A DNA stretch of 64,000 nucleotides from Flavobacteriaceae bacterium. GTDB taxonomy: Bacteria > Bacteroidota > Bacteroidia > Flavobacteriales > Flavobacteriaceae. Position 1 is the first letter of the stretch. Each line of letters opens with the position of its first letter. This document shows, in pieces, positions 17,756-29,521 of this stretch. Position numbers and translations under genes: made by a program. The DNA lies in contig JADHMP010000010.1 of assembly GCA_016779985.1 (NCBI GenBank), positions 15,481 through 79,480 on the forward strand. Direction: 5' to 3'. Below the pieces are notes generated by a model. The model saw only the letters and a list, made by a program, of their open reading frames with translations, was not told the DNA's origin and searched no databases.

Positions 17756-19369
17756 ATGGCTAAAAATTTATTATCTACAATTCTACTTTTATTAGTCTCA
17801 TTTATTTCCTCGGCGGTATGGGGACAAAATTCGGGACTTTCCCCTGAATTTCATAAAATTAAACGAAAAGAATTGAGAGAAAAAATGCCTACTAATAGTG
17901 TTGCTGTTTTCTTTTCTTCCCCTGTGAGAAATAGAGCCAATGATGTTGATTATATCTATCATCCTGATCCTAATTTTTACTATTTGTCTGGATGGGAAGA
18001 ACCTCATGCAGTTTTATTGATTTATAAATCTCCTCAACAAGATGATGCCGGAATCTATTTAGATAAAATATATGTTCGAGAACGCAATGCATACAGAGAA
18101 ATGTGGGACGGCAGAAGAAAAGGAATTGCTGGAGCCTCAACAATGGGCTATGACCGTGTTGCTGAAAGAAGCTTATTTAAGAATGATGCACATCATTTTG
18201 AGACTTTCGACAAGGTTCTCTTTTTTAATTTTGAGAATGACGTAAAAGATTTCAAAAATGATTCCAATGATCTTTTTGATTTGCAGCAAACTTTTAAAGA
18301 CAAAATAAACTTTCCTCAAAATTTTGACGGACAGCGTTATGAACTCTACTCACAAATTAGGGATGTTGCCCCAGAGGATGCAGATGAACTAAAAGATCAA
18401 TTAGGGTATTATTTGAGACAAGACCAGAGTTTAAAAGAAGATCCAATCATAAAATCTTTTTTAGAGGAGAAAGAAAACCTTTCAGTTGAATTGCAAAAAA
18501 AGGCAGACTTAGAAGTAGCTCCTTTTAATTATGATTTGAAAGTACTAAAAAGATATATGGCTGAACTAAGAGAAATTAAAACCCAAATTGAGGTAAGCTT
18601 GATTAGAAAAGCGGTTAGAATTTCTGCCCAGGGCCAAAGAGAAGTAATGAAAGCGTTGCATGCTGAGATGACAGAAAGAGAAGTGCAAGGAATTCATCAG
18701 TATGTTTTTAAAAAATATGGTGCTGCCCATGAAGGCTATCCTTCTATTGTTGGTGCTGGACACAACGGATGTGTTCTGCACTACATTACCAACGATAAAG
18801 AAAATATAAACAATCAGCTTATTTTGATGGATTTAGGAGCAGAATATAAAGGATATACGGCAGATGTCACCCGGACAGTGCCCGTTACAGGAAAATTCAC
18901 TCAACCCCAAAAGGAGTTATATAAGATTGTATATGCTTCACAACAAGCAGGTATCAAAGCAGCCCAAGTAGGAGCTGATTTTAAGGAGATTAGAGAGGCC
19001 TGCTATCAAGTTGTCAAAAACGGTCTTTTGGAATTAGGATTGATTGACAAACCAGAAGATTTTAGACGGTATTTACCTCATGGTGTAGCGCATCATATTG
19101 GGCTAGATGTGCATGACCCTGGTTTGTATGAAAAATTAGCTGAAAATATGATTATCACTGTAGAGCCAGGAATTTATGTTCCCAAAGACAGCCCTTGTGA
19201 TCCAAAATATTGGGATATTGGAATACGTATTGAAGATGATGTTTTAATTACCAAAGAAGGACCAATTACACTATCTGACGAGGCGCCAAGAAAGTGGGAT
19301 GAGATTGAAGCATTGATGGCAGAATCAAGTCCTCTTGATAACTTTGTTTTGCCAGAAATTGAGGATTAG
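17756..19369 (+). CDS. Xaa-Pro aminopeptidase (M24B family) with signal peptide
   Basis: Metal-ligand motifs LMDLGAEYKGYTADVTRT, HGVAHHIGLDVHD, VEPGIY and IRIEDD. The ATG at 17756 is preferred to the TTG at 17750. Confidence 0.85.
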   Translation: MAKNLLSTILLLLVSFISSAVWGQNSGLSPEFHKIKRKELREKMPTNSVAVFFSSPVRNRANDVDYIYHPDPNFYYLSGWEEPHAVLLIYKSPQQDDAGIYLDKIYVRERNAYREMWDGRRKGIAGASTMGYDRVAERSLFKNDAHHFETFDKVLFFNFENDVKDFKNDSNDLFDLQQTFKDKINFPQNFDGQRYELYSQIRDVAPEDADELKDQLGYYLRQDQSLKEDPIIKSFLEEKENLSVELQKKADLEVAPFNYDLKVLKRYMAELREIKTQIEVSLIRKAVRISAQGQREVMKALHAEMTEREVQGIHQYVFKKYGAAHEGYPSIVGAGHNGCVLHYITNDKENINNQLILMDLGAEYKGYTADVTRTVPVTGKFTQPQKELYKIVYASQQAGIKAAQVGADFKEIREACYQVVKNGLLELGLIDKPEDFRRYLPHGVAHHIGLDVHDPGLYEKLAENMIITVEPGIYVPKDSPCDPKYWDIGIRIEDDVLITKEGPITLSDEAPRKWDEIEALMAESSPLDNFVLPEIED

Positions 19370-20670
19370 CGTGACAGCAAGAAATCTTTTACTTCTTTAT
19401 AGTCTGCAACAGGATAACTTTCTTTTTCTCGATTTATAATATTCTTGATCTGATCTGGTAGTTCTATTTTGGTTTTCAGAGTGGATTCAACCGTGTCTAG
19501 AAATTTGATGGGGTGGGCAGTTTCCATAAAAACACCATAAAAATGTTCATTTTCAAAATCATTCAAGAATTTTTTTAAGCCCAAATAACCAACAGCCCCA
19601 TGAGGATCTGCAACATAATTTGCGGTGTCATAGATTTCCTTAATTGCCTTTCTGGTAGAAGTGTCAGTAAAACGGTAGGCTTTGAATTCTTTTTTCATTT
19701 TGTGAAAATCATTATTAAATAATTTTTCAATCCTTATGAAATTGCTTGGATCACCTACGTCCATGGCATTTGAAATAGTCTGCTTAGACGTTTTGGGTGT
19801 ATAAATACCTTCTTCTAAAAATACCGGAACGGTGTCATTTATGTTTGTACATGCAACAAATTGATCTATAGGCAGGCCCATTTTTTGTGCCAAAAGACCA
19901 GCACAAATATTTCCAAAGTTTCCACTGGGTACGGCAACTGCAATTTTTTGTTGTCTGGCTTTTAATTCCTTATAAACAAAGAAATAATAAAACATTTGTG
20001 GAAGCCACCTAGCCACATTGATTGAGTTGGCTGAAGTCAATTGAATCTCATCTTTTATTTGAGGATCAATAAATGCACTTTTCACCATGTCTTGACAATC
20101 ATCAAATGTTCCGTCTACTTCTAAAGCAGAAATATTTTTACCTAAGGTGGTTAACTGCTTTTCTTGAATTTCACTTACTTTTCCTTTGGGGTAAAGAATG
20201 ACAACATCTATCCCTGGGACATTATAAAAACCATCAGCTACTGCACCCCCCGTATCACCAGAAGTAGCTACTAAAACAGTTATTTTTCTTTTTGAAGAAG
20301 TAATATTGAAACTTGACAAACAGCGCGCCATAAATCGAGCCCCTACGTCTTTAAAAGCAAGAGTGGGCCCCTGAAATAATTCCAAAGTAGCAATTTGGTC
20401 TGTAATTGGAACAACAGGAAAGGGAAACTGAAGGGTGTCTTCTACAATAGTTCTCAGTTTTTGTTTACCGATAGCCTTACCTACAAAAGGTTGAATAGCT
20501 CGATAGGCAATCTCATAGTTTGAAAGGGTATTTATTTCTTCAAAAAATGATTGAGGTAATGAAGGAATATCTTCTGGAAAATAGAGTCCTCTATCAGGAG
20601 CTAAACCTTGAATAACAGCTTTATCAAATGAAACACTCTGAGAATTATAATTTAGACTGTAGAACTTCAT
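19366..20670 (-). CDS. thrC: Threonine synthase
   Basis: 434 aa with the PLP-lysine motif GPTLAFKDVGARF. Last gene of the thrA-thrB-thrC operon, with a 4-nt overlap with thrB. Confidence 0.9.
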   Translation of the reverse strand: MKFYSLNYNSQSVSFDKAVIQGLAPDRGLYFPEDIPSLPQSFFEEINTLSNYEIAYRAIQPFVGKAIGKQKLRTIVEDTLQFPFPVVPITDQIATLELFQGPTLAFKDVGARFMARCLSSFNITSSKRKITVLVATSGDTGGAVADGFYNVPGIDVVILYPKGKVSEIQEKQLTTLGKNISALEVDGTFDDCQDMVKSAFIDPQIKDEIQLTSANSINVARWLPQMFYYFFVYKELKARQQKIAVAVPSGNFGNICAGLLAQKMGLPIDQFVACTNINDTVPVFLEEGIYTPKTSKQTISNAMDVGDPSNFIRIEKLFNNDFHKMKKEFKAYRFTDTSTRKAIKEIYDTANYVADPHGAVGYLGLKKFLNDFENEHFYGVFMETAHPIKFLDTVESTLKTKIELPDQIKNIINREKESYPVADYKEVKDFLLSR

Positions 20671-21596
20671 CTTGATTCGAGAATTGTTATTCCAGAAGGA
20701 TTTATAGGTGAAATGTGGAGATCTATCTCAATATCAATGTGTTTAGTGGCTTCAAGCATAGCTGCGCCAACTTTTTTGGCTTGTTCTTCTCCTTTAGATA
20801 AGGCGTAAATGGAGGGGCCTGACCCAGATATACCGCTTCCTAGAGCGCCGGCATGAAGTGCACTACTTCGAATTGTTTCAAATTCAGGAATAAGCATGGC
20901 ACGAACAGGTTCGATGACTTTATCAATCATAGCTCTAGAGAGCAGCTGATAGTCGTCTGTATATAAGGCGCTTATAAAGGCACCCAAATTGCCCCATTGT
21001 TGAATGGCTTGTTTGAGTCTAATATTTTTTTTCAGAATGGCTCTCGCATGTGCTGTTTTTAATTCAACCTTTGGGTGAAGAAGGGTAGCAAAAAGTTCTT
21101 TTGGGTATGGGAGTTTGATGATGTCTAAACTATCATTGCATCGAACTAATGTAAACCCGCCTAACAACACTGGTGCTAAATTGTCTGCATGCGCAGATCC
21201 ACTGGCTAGTTTTTCTCCCTCCATAGCAAATTTGACCAATTCATTTCTATTGTAGGGTTTTCCCATAAGCTCGTTGATAGCAAAAACAGCGCCTGCTGCA
21301 CTGGCAGCACTGCTACCAATGCCGCTTCCAGGTTTAATTTTTTTATAAATATCAATGTCAAAACCAAATGGTACTGGATGGGCTTTAATGAGCGCGTTGG
21401 CTGCAACTCCTGCTACATTTTTGGTGGGGTCAAGGGGAAGGTCTTGTCCTTCAATTTTAGTGATTCGAACTCCTTTATGGTTAGATTTACGGACAACCAT
21501 TTCATCTCCAATAGGCCCTAAACAAAATCCGAGTACGTCAAATCCGCAAGAAACATTAGCAACACTAGCTGGCGAAAATATCCGAATACTCTCCAT
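20667..21596 (-). CDS. thrB: Homoserine kinase
   Basis: 309 aa with the GHMP kinase motif KPGSGIGSSAASAAG. Confidence 0.9.
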   Translation of the reverse strand: MESIRIFSPASVANVSCGFDVLGFCLGPIGDEMVVRKSNHKGVRITKIEGQDLPLDPTKNVAGVAANALIKAHPVPFGFDIDIYKKIKPGSGIGSSAASAAGAVFAINELMGKPYNRNELVKFAMEGEKLASGSAHADNLAPVLLGGFTLVRCNDSLDIIKLPYPKELFATLLHPKVELKTAHARAILKKNIRLKQAIQQWGNLGAFISALYTDDYQLLSRAMIDKVIEPVRAMLIPEFETIRSSALHAGALGSGISGSGPSIYALSKGEEQAKKVGAAMLEATKHIDIEIDLHISPINPSGITILESR

Positions 21597-21598
21597 AT

Positions 21599-24049
21599 TT
21601 ATCGTTTACCTATTCGAATAATATCTCCAAATATTCCCGCTGCTGTCACTTCTGCACCTGCTCCAGCACCTTTAACAATTAAAGGCTGTTCATTATAGCG
21701 GTTGCTGTAGAAAAGGATGATGTTGTCACTCCCCTCAAGATTATAAAAATCATGATCAGGAAAGATATGTTGAAGCCCAACAGAGGCTTTATTGCCGTCT
21801 AGTTGTGCAATATACTTCAATCTTGCTCCTTTTGCATTGGCTTCCTCAAGGAGTTTATCAAAATGAGTTGCGTTCGCTTTCAGCGATTCAAAAAAAGCAT
21901 TATTTGAATTAGTTTGTAAGGTTTCTAGAGGTAAAAAACTTTGATTGTCAATATCGTTCAATTCAATTTGCAAACCACTTTCTCTAGCAAGAATAAGAAT
22001 TTTTCTTGCCACATCAACACCACTTAAATCAATTTTAGGGTCGGGTTCTGTAAACCCTTTTTCTTGGGCTTCTAAGACAACGTCGTGAAAAGCAACTCCG
22101 GTGGTAAAGGCATTAAAAATAAAATTTAAACTACCCGATAAAATCGCTTGTATCTTGTGAATTTTATCACCAGATGCAATTAGGTTGTTGAGGGTGTCGA
22201 TAACAGGTAAACCTGCTCCTACATTGGTTTCAAACAAAAATGGCGCTCCATATTTACGTGCAATTTTTTTGAGATTTACATAATTGCTTAATGAATCTGC
22301 ACAAGCAATTTTGTTGCACGTTACAACCCCAACGTTATGTTCTAAATAGCGAGCATATTCGTTGGCAATAACCTCACTGGCAGTGTTGTCAACGAAAATA
22401 CTATTTCTAAGATTAAGTTTTTTCACATGTTTAAAAAACAGGTCTCTGTCTGCTTTGGTAGCGCTACTAGCTAATTGATTTTTCCATTCAAACAGATCTA
22501 AAGGCTGTTCTCCCAACACCATTTTCTTAGAATTTGACAGTGCTACTACTCTCACCTTTAAGAGCAGGTGTTCAAGCAAATAAGAACTTTGTTGCTCAAT
22601 TTGTTCGATAAGTTTGGTTCCTACATTTCCTACTCCTGTAATGAAAAGATTTAATTCTTTGGTTTGAGTCTCAAAAAAGGTTTCGTGAATGGTATTTAGT
22701 GCCTTTTGAATATTTTTTTGATCTATTATTAAAGAAATATTACGTTCTGAAGCGCCCTGAGCAATCGCACGGATGTTTATGTTATTAGTACCAAGACTAC
22801 TAAATAGTTTTCCACTAATTCCTTGATGGTCTTTCATTTTATTCCCAACTACAGCAATATTAGCCATGTTGACTTCAGCTCGGGTTGGAGACACTTTCTG
22901 TTGGGCAATTTCAAAGGTAAATGCGTCATCAATCACTTTTTGTGCTTTTATCGCTTCGGTGCCCTTAACTCCAATACAAATAGAATGTTCTGAAGAGGCC
23001 TGTGTGATCATAATGATATTTATACTATGCGACGAAAGGGCTTCAAAAAGACGTTTGGAGATACCAGGTATACCAATCATACCACTTCCCTCAAGGGTAA
23101 TTAGAGCCACATTATCAATATGACTAATTCCTTTGACAATTTCTCCATTTATTTGGTCGCCATGAGAATCGATTTGAGTCCCTGGTGCTACAGCGTCAAA
23201 GGTATTTTTAATATAAGTTGGAATTTGTTTTTTGACAATAGGTTGCAATGTTGGAGGATAAATGACCGTTGCCCCAAAGTGAGACAATTCCATAGCTTCT
23301 TGATAGGAAAGTTTAGGAATTGGCTTTGCTTGAGAAACTTTCTTGGGATTTGCAGTAAACATACCGCTAACATCCGTCCAAATTTCTAATGACTTTGCCT
23401 CTAGAAAGTTTGCTAAAAGAGCTGCTGTATAGTCAGATCCTCCACGGCCTAAGGTTGTTGTTTCTCCCGCTACATTTGAGGCGATAAAACCAGGGACTAT
23501 AACAACATTCTCTTTTATATTTTGGAAAGTAGATTTGGTTTTTTCTGTACTAATTTCAAAGTTTACAACCGGGTAAGCTACACTTGGTTCAGTTTGAATC
23601 AAATTTCGTGCGTCCAAGAATAAAGCTGGAACATGCTGTTCTCTCAAAAGAACTTGAATAAGCTGACTTGAAAGAAGTTCTCCAAATGATGTCACTTTTG
23701 AATAAATGCGCTCTGTTTCTTCTTGAAGCTGCGCAACAGATTCAAGCAATGATTCTAACTTGTTTAACTCACTTCTCACAAAGCTTATGCTTTCACTTTG
23801 TTTGGCTACTGGAACAAAATATTTTATTGGCTCTAAGTGCCTATTTTGTAAAACTTCTATTTGATCTTTAAAATCATTTTCCCCATTGACAGCTTGTTTG
23901 AGCATATCAACCAAAATATCAGTAACACCTCCTAATGCAGAAACCACTACAACAATTGGTTCTGTGGAGTTATTTCGAATTATTTCAAAAACTTTTTCTA
24001 AACTTGCAGCATTGGCCACAGAAGTTCCACCAAATTTTAAAACTTTCAT
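21599..24049 (-). CDS. thrA: Bifunctional aspartate kinase / homoserine dehydrogenase I
   Basis: MKVLKFGGTSV start at the ATG at 24049 (the track start at 24106 is a TTG). ACT-domain region and a C-terminal homoserine dehydrogenase part (GVGNVG). Confidence 0.9.
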   Translation of the reverse strand: MKVLKFGGTSVANAASLEKVFEIIRNNSTEPIVVVVSALGGVTDILVDMLKQAVNGENDFKDQIEVLQNRHLEPIKYFVPVAKQSESISFVRSELNKLESLLESVAQLQEETERIYSKVTSFGELLSSQLIQVLLREQHVPALFLDARNLIQTEPSVAYPVVNFEISTEKTKSTFQNIKENVVIVPGFIASNVAGETTTLGRGGSDYTAALLANFLEAKSLEIWTDVSGMFTANPKKVSQAKPIPKLSYQEAMELSHFGATVIYPPTLQPIVKKQIPTYIKNTFDAVAPGTQIDSHGDQINGEIVKGISHIDNVALITLEGSGMIGIPGISKRLFEALSSHSINIIMITQASSEHSICIGVKGTEAIKAQKVIDDAFTFEIAQQKVSPTRAEVNMANIAVVGNKMKDHQGISGKLFSSLGTNNINIRAIAQGASERNISLIIDQKNIQKALNTIHETFFETQTKELNLFITGVGNVGTKLIEQIEQQSSYLLEHLLLKVRVVALSNSKKMVLGEQPLDLFEWKNQLASSATKADRDLFFKHVKKLNLRNSIFVDNTASEVIANEYARYLEHNVGVVTCNKIACADSLSNYVNLKKIARKYGAPFLFETNVGAGLPVIDTLNNLIASGDKIHKIQAILSGSLNFIFNAFTTGVAFHDVVLEAQEKGFTEPDPKIDLSGVDVARKILILARESGLQIELNDIDNQSFLPLETLQTNSNNAFFESLKANATHFDKLLEEANAKGARLKYIAQLDGNKASVGLQHIFPDHDFYNLEGSDNIILFYSNRYNEQPLIVKGAGAGAEVTAAGIFGDIIRIGKR

Positions 24050-24225
24050 AGTCTTTAGCCTTTCATGGGGTGAATAAAAATATTCTACCACCGTTGACGA
24101 GCGCAAAAATAGAACTAAAAGCTAAGGCAAAAATGTTTTTGGGCTAAAAATTACAAGTCCTTGAAATTAAGGCTAACCGATTATAAAATAGTAGCCTCCT
24201 AAATCTAATGTCAGGTTTACAATAT

Positions 24226-26784
24226 CTACTTAGCTGCAGGTTGCTTTTGATCAACAGAAAGTGATAGTTTAGAATCATCATCTGATTTATCAATCAACAG
24301 CGAATCTCCTTCTTTTAATGTATTATCAACAACATTTTCTGCTACTAAATCTTCTATGTATTTCTGAATGGCTCGGTTTAGTGGACGCGCTCCATATTTA
24401 TTATCAAACCCTTTTTCGGCAAGAAAGTCTTTTGCGGCGTCAGTTATTGTAACGTCATAACTTAATTTTTGAATACGAATGATAACCTTGTCGAGTTCAA
24501 TATCTACAATTTTTCGGATGTCTTTTTTATCAAGTGCATTAAATATAACGATGTCATCCACACGATTTAAGAATTCAGGAGTAAACGTTTTCTTTAATTC
24601 CTTATTAATAATACCCTTTTCTATATCAGTAGATTGCGCTTTTTGAGAGGCAGTTTCAAAACCCACGCCAGTTCCAAAATCTTTGAGTTGACGAGCACCA
24701 ATGTTAGACGTCATGATAACAATAGTATTTTGGAAATTTACTTTCCTACCTGAGCTATCGGTCAGAAACCCGTCGTCTAAAACCTGTAGAAGCATATTAA
24801 AAATGTCAGGATGAGCTTTTTCTACTTCATCTAGAAGAATTACTGAATAAGGTCTTCTTCTTACCTTTTCGCTCAGCTGACCTCCTTCTTCATAACCTAC
24901 ATAGCCAGGAGGTGCGCCAATGAGTCTAGAAATTGCAAATTTTTCCATATACTCACTCATGTCGATACGGATCAAATTTTCTTCAGAATCAAAAATTTCA
25001 GAGGCAAGGATCTTCGCAAGTTGTGTTTTACCAACTCCCGTCTGTCCCAAGAAAATAAATGAGCCAATGGGTTTATCAGGATCTTTTAAACCAGCACGAT
25101 TTCTTTGTATGGCTTTCACTACTTTTTCTATGGCCTCTTTCTGACCGATCAATTTCTGACCAATAATAGCTGCTAGTTGAGCTAATTTATTCTTTTCAGA
25201 CTTTACTACTTTATTGACAGGAATGTTTGTCATCATGGACACCACATCTGCAATATGAGTGTCATTGACGGTCACTCGATTTTGTTTAGACTCTTCTTGC
25301 CACCGTTCTTGGGCGTCAATTAGATTTCTCTCTACTCTTTTTTCATCATCTCTGAGCTTGGCCGCTTCTTCATATTTCTGCTTTTTAACTACAGAATTTT
25401 TATTTTCACGAACATCCTCAAGTTGTTGTTCTAATTCTATGATTTCTTTAGGAACACTCATGTTGTTTATATGAACTCTAGATCCTGCTTCATCAAGGGC
25501 ATCTATGGCTTTATCAGGCAAAAATCGATCAGATATATACCGGTTAGTGAGTTCAACACATGCTTTTAATGCCTCATGAGTATAATTTACATTGTGATGG
25601 TTTTCATACCGGTCTTTGATGTTTTCAAGAATTTCAAGAGTTTCTTCTTCTGTAGTTTCTTCCACTAAGACCTTTTGAAAACGTCGCTCTAGAGCTCCAT
25701 CTTTTTCAATATGTTGTCTATATTCGTCAAGGGTAGTAGCACCAATACATTGAATTTCACCTCTTGCTAGGGCAGGCTTAAACATATTTGAGGCATCTAA
25801 ACTGCCTGTGGCACCTCCAGCACCAACAATTGTGTGGATTTCATCTATGAACAAAATAATATTATCGTTTTTTTCCAGTTCGTTCATCACTGCTTTCATG
25901 CGTTCTTCAAACTGACCACGGTATTTAGTGCCTGCCACTAAGCTAGCTAGATCTAAAGTTACTACTCGTTTGTTGTATAATACTCTAGAAACTTTTTTCT
26001 GAATTATCCGCAAAGCAAGTCCTTCTGCTATGGCAGATTTACCAACACCGGGTTCTCCAATAAGTAAAGGATTGTTTTTTTTGCGTCGGCTCAAAACTTG
26101 AGACACTCTTTCAATTTCTTTTTGACGACCAACAACGGGATCAAGTTTATCTTGTTCTGCTAACAATGTTACATCACGACCAAAATTGTCTAAAACAGGT
26201 GTTTTGGTTTTTTTGATTCCTTTTGATTCTGTTGTAGGAACAAATGGATTTTCTTTATTTCCCTCACCCTCATTTTCTTTTTCATCTGGAAATGATGACG
26301 CTGATGGAAGGTCAGAATAATGGTCTTGATCACTTGCTAGCATGACTTTGAATTGTTCCTTAACGATATCATAATCAACGTTTAATTTTGATAATAATTG
26401 CGTTGTAGGATCATTTTCATTTCTTAAAATACAAAGTAAGAGATGAACAGTATTTATAAATTCACTTTGAAAAAGTTTAGCTTCTAAAAATGTTGTTTTA
26501 AGTGCTCTTTCGGCTTGCCGAGTAAGATGCAAGTTTTTTTTCTCGTGCATCCCTTGCTCATTTTCAAGAGCAGCTGGGTTTAAAATTTCAACCTTGCGTC
26601 TTAATTCTTCGAGATTTACTTCTATCGAATTTAAAATTGCAATCGCTTTTCCATCTCCATCCCTCAAAATTCCCAGCATGAGATGTTCTGTACCAATAAA
26701 ATTGTGCCCAAGGCGTAAGGCTTCTTCTTTACTGTAAGCAATCACATCTTTAACGCGAGGAGAAAAATTATCATCCATATTCAA
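24226..26784 (-). CDS. clpC: ATP-dependent Clp protease ATP-binding subunit, ClpC type
   Basis: 852 aa with Clp_N repeats, two Walker A sites ([18 protein letters not shown]) and a UVR-like linker ([13 protein letters not shown]). Confidence 0.9.
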   Translation of the reverse strand: MNMDDNFSPRVKDVIAYSKEEALRLGHNFIGTEHLMLGILRDGDGKAIAILNSIEVNLEELRRKVEILNPAALENEQGMHEKKNLHLTRQAERALKTTFLEAKLFQSEFINTVHLLLCILRNENDPTTQLLSKLNVDYDIVKEQFKVMLASDQDHYSDLPSASSFPDEKENEGEGNKENPFVPTTESKGIKKTKTPVLDNFGRDVTLLAEQDKLDPVVGRQKEIERVSQVLSRRKKNNPLLIGEPGVGKSAIAEGLALRIIQKKVSRVLYNKRVVTLDLASLVAGTKYRGQFEERMKAVMNELEKNDNIILFIDEIHTIVGAGGATGSLDASNMFKPALARGEIQCIGATTLDEYRQHIEKDGALERRFQKVLVEETTEEETLEILENIKDRYENHHNVNYTHEALKACVELTNRYISDRFLPDKAIDALDEAGSRVHINNMSVPKEIIELEQQLEDVRENKNSVVKKQKYEEAAKLRDDEKRVERNLIDAQERWQEESKQNRVTVNDTHIADVVSMMTNIPVNKVVKSEKNKLAQLAAIIGQKLIGQKEAIEKVVKAIQRNRAGLKDPDKPIGSFIFLGQTGVGKTQLAKILASEIFDSEENLIRIDMSEYMEKFAISRLIGAPPGYVGYEEGGQLSEKVRRRPYSVILLDEVEKAHPDIFNMLLQVLDDGFLTDSSGRKVNFQNTIVIMTSNIGARQLKDFGTGVGFETASQKAQSTDIEKGIINKELKKTFTPEFLNRVDDIVIFNALDKKDIRKIVDIELDKVIIRIQKLSYDVTITDAAKDFLAEKGFDNKYGARPLNRAIQKYIEDLVAENVVDNTLKEGDSLLIDKSDDDSKLSLSVDQKQPAAK

Positions 26785-26998
26785 TCGTTATTTTTATCCT
26801 TTAGTTTTCAAAAATTAGACCAAAGAATTACCCTATAGCTAATAGACAAAAAAAAAATTATATTTCAAAAGTTAGACGTTAATAATTTTAACCAAAAATA
26901 TCGTTAAAGTGTTAATAATTTATAGAATAAACTAGCTTTTGCATATATTGTTTGATAGTGTAGATGCTTATTTTAGCAGCTATATTCATTTTTAATTT

Positions 26999-29494
26999 AT
27001 GGATCAAAGAGAAAGACTAATTCCGATTAATATTGAGGACGAAATGAAATCGGCCTATATAGACTATTCAATGTCTGTCATTGTGTCACGTGCCTTACCC
27101 GATGTGAGAGATGGTCTAAAGCCAGTGCATCGTCGAGTTTTATATGGTATGCACGAATTAGGAATTCGCGCCAACACTGCTTATAAAAAGTCAGCAAGAA
27201 TTGTTGGTGAAGTATTAGGGAAATATCATCCCCATGGTGATTCTTCAGTATACGATACAATGGTTCGTATGGCCCAAGAGTGGAGTCTACGCTATTTGCT
27301 CATTGACGGTCAAGGAAATTTTGGTTCTGTTGACGGAGATAGCCCTGCGGCTATGCGATATACAGAAGCTCGAATGAAAAAAATGGCAGAAGACCTTTTG
27401 ATTGATATCGAAAAAGATACCGTTGATCATCAACTGAATTTTGACGATACCCTTAAAGAACCCACCGTACTCCCTACGCGAATTCCAAATCTTCTTGTTA
27501 ACGGTGCTTCTGGAATAGCAGTTGGAATGGCCACAAATATGCCACCACACAACTTAAATGAAGTGGTTGAAGGGACAGTAGCCTATATTGAAAACAATGA
27601 GGTTACAATAGAGGACCTCATGGAGTTTGTTAAAGCACCAGACTTTCCAACAGGCGGAACAATCTACGGATACGAAGGAGTCAAAGAAGCCTTTTTGACT
27701 GGGAGGGGGCGCGTGGTTATCCGTGCAAAAGCAAACATAGAAGAAGTAGATGGTAGAGAATGTATCATCGTTGATGAAATTCCATATCAGGTTAACAAGG
27801 CAGAAATGATCAAAAAAACTGCCGAATTAGTGAATGATAAAAAAATTGAAGGCATTTCTAATATTCGAGATGAATCAGATCGAAAAGGAATGCGCATTGT
27901 TTATATCCTCAAAAGAGATGCTATTCCGAACATTGTTTTAAATAAATTATACAAGTATACCTCACTTCAATCTTCTTTTAGTGTAAATAACATTGCATTG
28001 GTCAATGGCAAACCCGAGATGTTGAATCTAAAAGACATGATTCGACATTTTGTAGAGCACCGTCATGACGTTGTGGTTCGAAGAACAAAATTTGAGCTTA
28101 AAAAGGCAGAAGAGCGAGCTCATATATTAGAGGGATTGATCATAGCCTCAGATAATATTGACGAGGTGATAGCCCTTATTAGGGCATCTGCCAACGCTGA
28201 AGAAGCAAGAACCGCGCTACAAAAGAAATTTGAACTGTCAGAAATTCAAGCAAAGGCAATTGTTGAAATGCGCTTGCGCCAACTCACAGGTCTTGAACAG
28301 GATAAGCTAAGAACAGAATATGATGAGTTGTTAAAAACTATTGCCGATTTGAAAGATATTCTTGAGAACAAGGAACGTCGCATGGAAATAATTAAAACAG
28401 AGCTTCTTGAAATCAAAGAAAAATATGGAGACAACCGTCGTTCAAAAATAGAATATGCGGGAGGCAATTTTAGCGTTGAGGATATGATCCCTGATGAAAA
28501 AGTAGTTATCACCATTTCACATGCAGGTTATATTAAAAGAACTCCCTTGGTAGAATATAAAACGCAAAATAGGGGGGGTGTTGGTCAAAAGGCTTCTACC
28601 ACTCGTGATGAAGATTTTCTCCAAGATATTTTTGTGGGAACTAATCATCAGTATATGTTGTTTTTCACTCAAAAAGGAAAATGTTTTTGGATGCGTGTAT
28701 ATGAAATTCCAGAAGGATCTAAAATTGCTAAAGGAAGAGCCATTCAGAATCTGATCAATATAGAACAGGATGACAAAGTGAAAGCCTTTATATGTACTCA
28801 AGACCTGAAAGACGAAGAATACATCAACAATCACTATGTCATTATGGCAACTAAAAAGGGACAAGTCAAAAAGACAGCCTTAGAGCAATATTCAAGACCT
28901 CGTGCCAATGGTATTAACGCAATTACCATCCGTGAAGATGACGAACTTCTTGAAGCTCGATTAACCAATGGACTTAGTCAAATTCTTATCGCTGTTCAAT
29001 CTGGAAAAGCTATTCGATTTGAGGAAAGTAAAACACGCCCTATGGGTAGAAATGCTTCAGGCGTTAGGGGTATCTCTTTGGCGAGTCCAGATGATGAGGT
29101 TGTTGGAATGGTTGCTGTAAACGATATGGATGCCAATATTTTAGTGGTCTCAAAAAATGGATACGGCAAACGATCAGCACTGGATGATTATCGAATAACA
29201 AATCGAGGCGGAAAAGGTGTCAAAACTATTTCTATTACTGAAAAAACAGGCCATTTAGTTGCTCTGAAAAGCGTGTCAGACGCCGATGATTTGATGATTA
29301 TTAATAAATCTGGAATTGCTATCCGGATGGAAGTTGCCGGTTTGCGAGTTATGGGACGTGCTACACAAGGTGTTCGACTAATAAATCTTAAAGAAAACGA
29401 CAACATTGCTGCTATTGCTAAGGTTATTAAAGATGACGAGGCAATTGATGACATTAATGACATTGATGTTAGTGATGGCACTGTTATTGAATAA
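26999..29494 (+). CDS. gyrA: DNA gyrase subunit A
   Basis: 831 aa with [12 protein letters not shown], the active-site region [10 protein letters not shown] and C-terminal beta-pinwheel repeats. Confidence 0.95.
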   Translation: MDQRERLIPINIEDEMKSAYIDYSMSVIVSRALPDVRDGLKPVHRRVLYGMHELGIRANTAYKKSARIVGEVLGKYHPHGDSSVYDTMVRMAQEWSLRYLLIDGQGNFGSVDGDSPAAMRYTEARMKKMAEDLLIDIEKDTVDHQLNFDDTLKEPTVLPTRIPNLLVNGASGIAVGMATNMPPHNLNEVVEGTVAYIENNEVTIEDLMEFVKAPDFPTGGTIYGYEGVKEAFLTGRGRVVIRAKANIEEVDGRECIIVDEIPYQVNKAEMIKKTAELVNDKKIEGISNIRDESDRKGMRIVYILKRDAIPNIVLNKLYKYTSLQSSFSVNNIALVNGKPEMLNLKDMIRHFVEHRHDVVVRRTKFELKKAEERAHILEGLIIASDNIDEVIALIRASANAEEARTALQKKFELSEIQAKAIVEMRLRQLTGLEQDKLRTEYDELLKTIADLKDILENKERRMEIIKTELLEIKEKYGDNRRSKIEYAGGNFSVEDMIPDEKVVITISHAGYIKRTPLVEYKTQNRGGVGQKASTTRDEDFLQDIFVGTNHQYMLFFTQKGKCFWMRVYEIPEGSKIAKGRAIQNLINIEQDDKVKAFICTQDLKDEEYINNHYVIMATKKGQVKKTALEQYSRPRANGINAITIREDDELLEARLTNGLSQILIAVQSGKAIRFEESKTRPMGRNASGVRGISLASPDDEVVGMVAVNDMDANILVVSKNGYGKRSALDDYRITNRGGKGVKTISITEKTGHLVALKSVSDADDLMIINKSGIAIRMEVAGLRVMGRATQGVRLINLKENDNIAAIAKVIKDDEAIDDINDIDVSDGTVIE

Positions 29495-29521
29495 TATTCC
29501 AGAAATATCAAAATTACCAAA

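Noticed and set aside
22866-24077. Several 60-90-aa ORFs antisense or out of frame within thrA. Similar sets occur inside gyrA (27078-29655), clpC (24920-25474), rho (54264-55456) and the sulfatases.
   Set aside because: All are embedded in strongly supported long CDSs, lack motifs, and have the skewed composition of shadow frames.
24050-24225. Threonine-rich leader peptide or attenuator upstream of thrA.
   Set aside because: The only mini-ORF is ATG AAA GGC TAA, with no Thr/Ile codon run and no convincing terminator/antiterminator pair. The track start at 24106 is a TTG extension of thrA with no family support.
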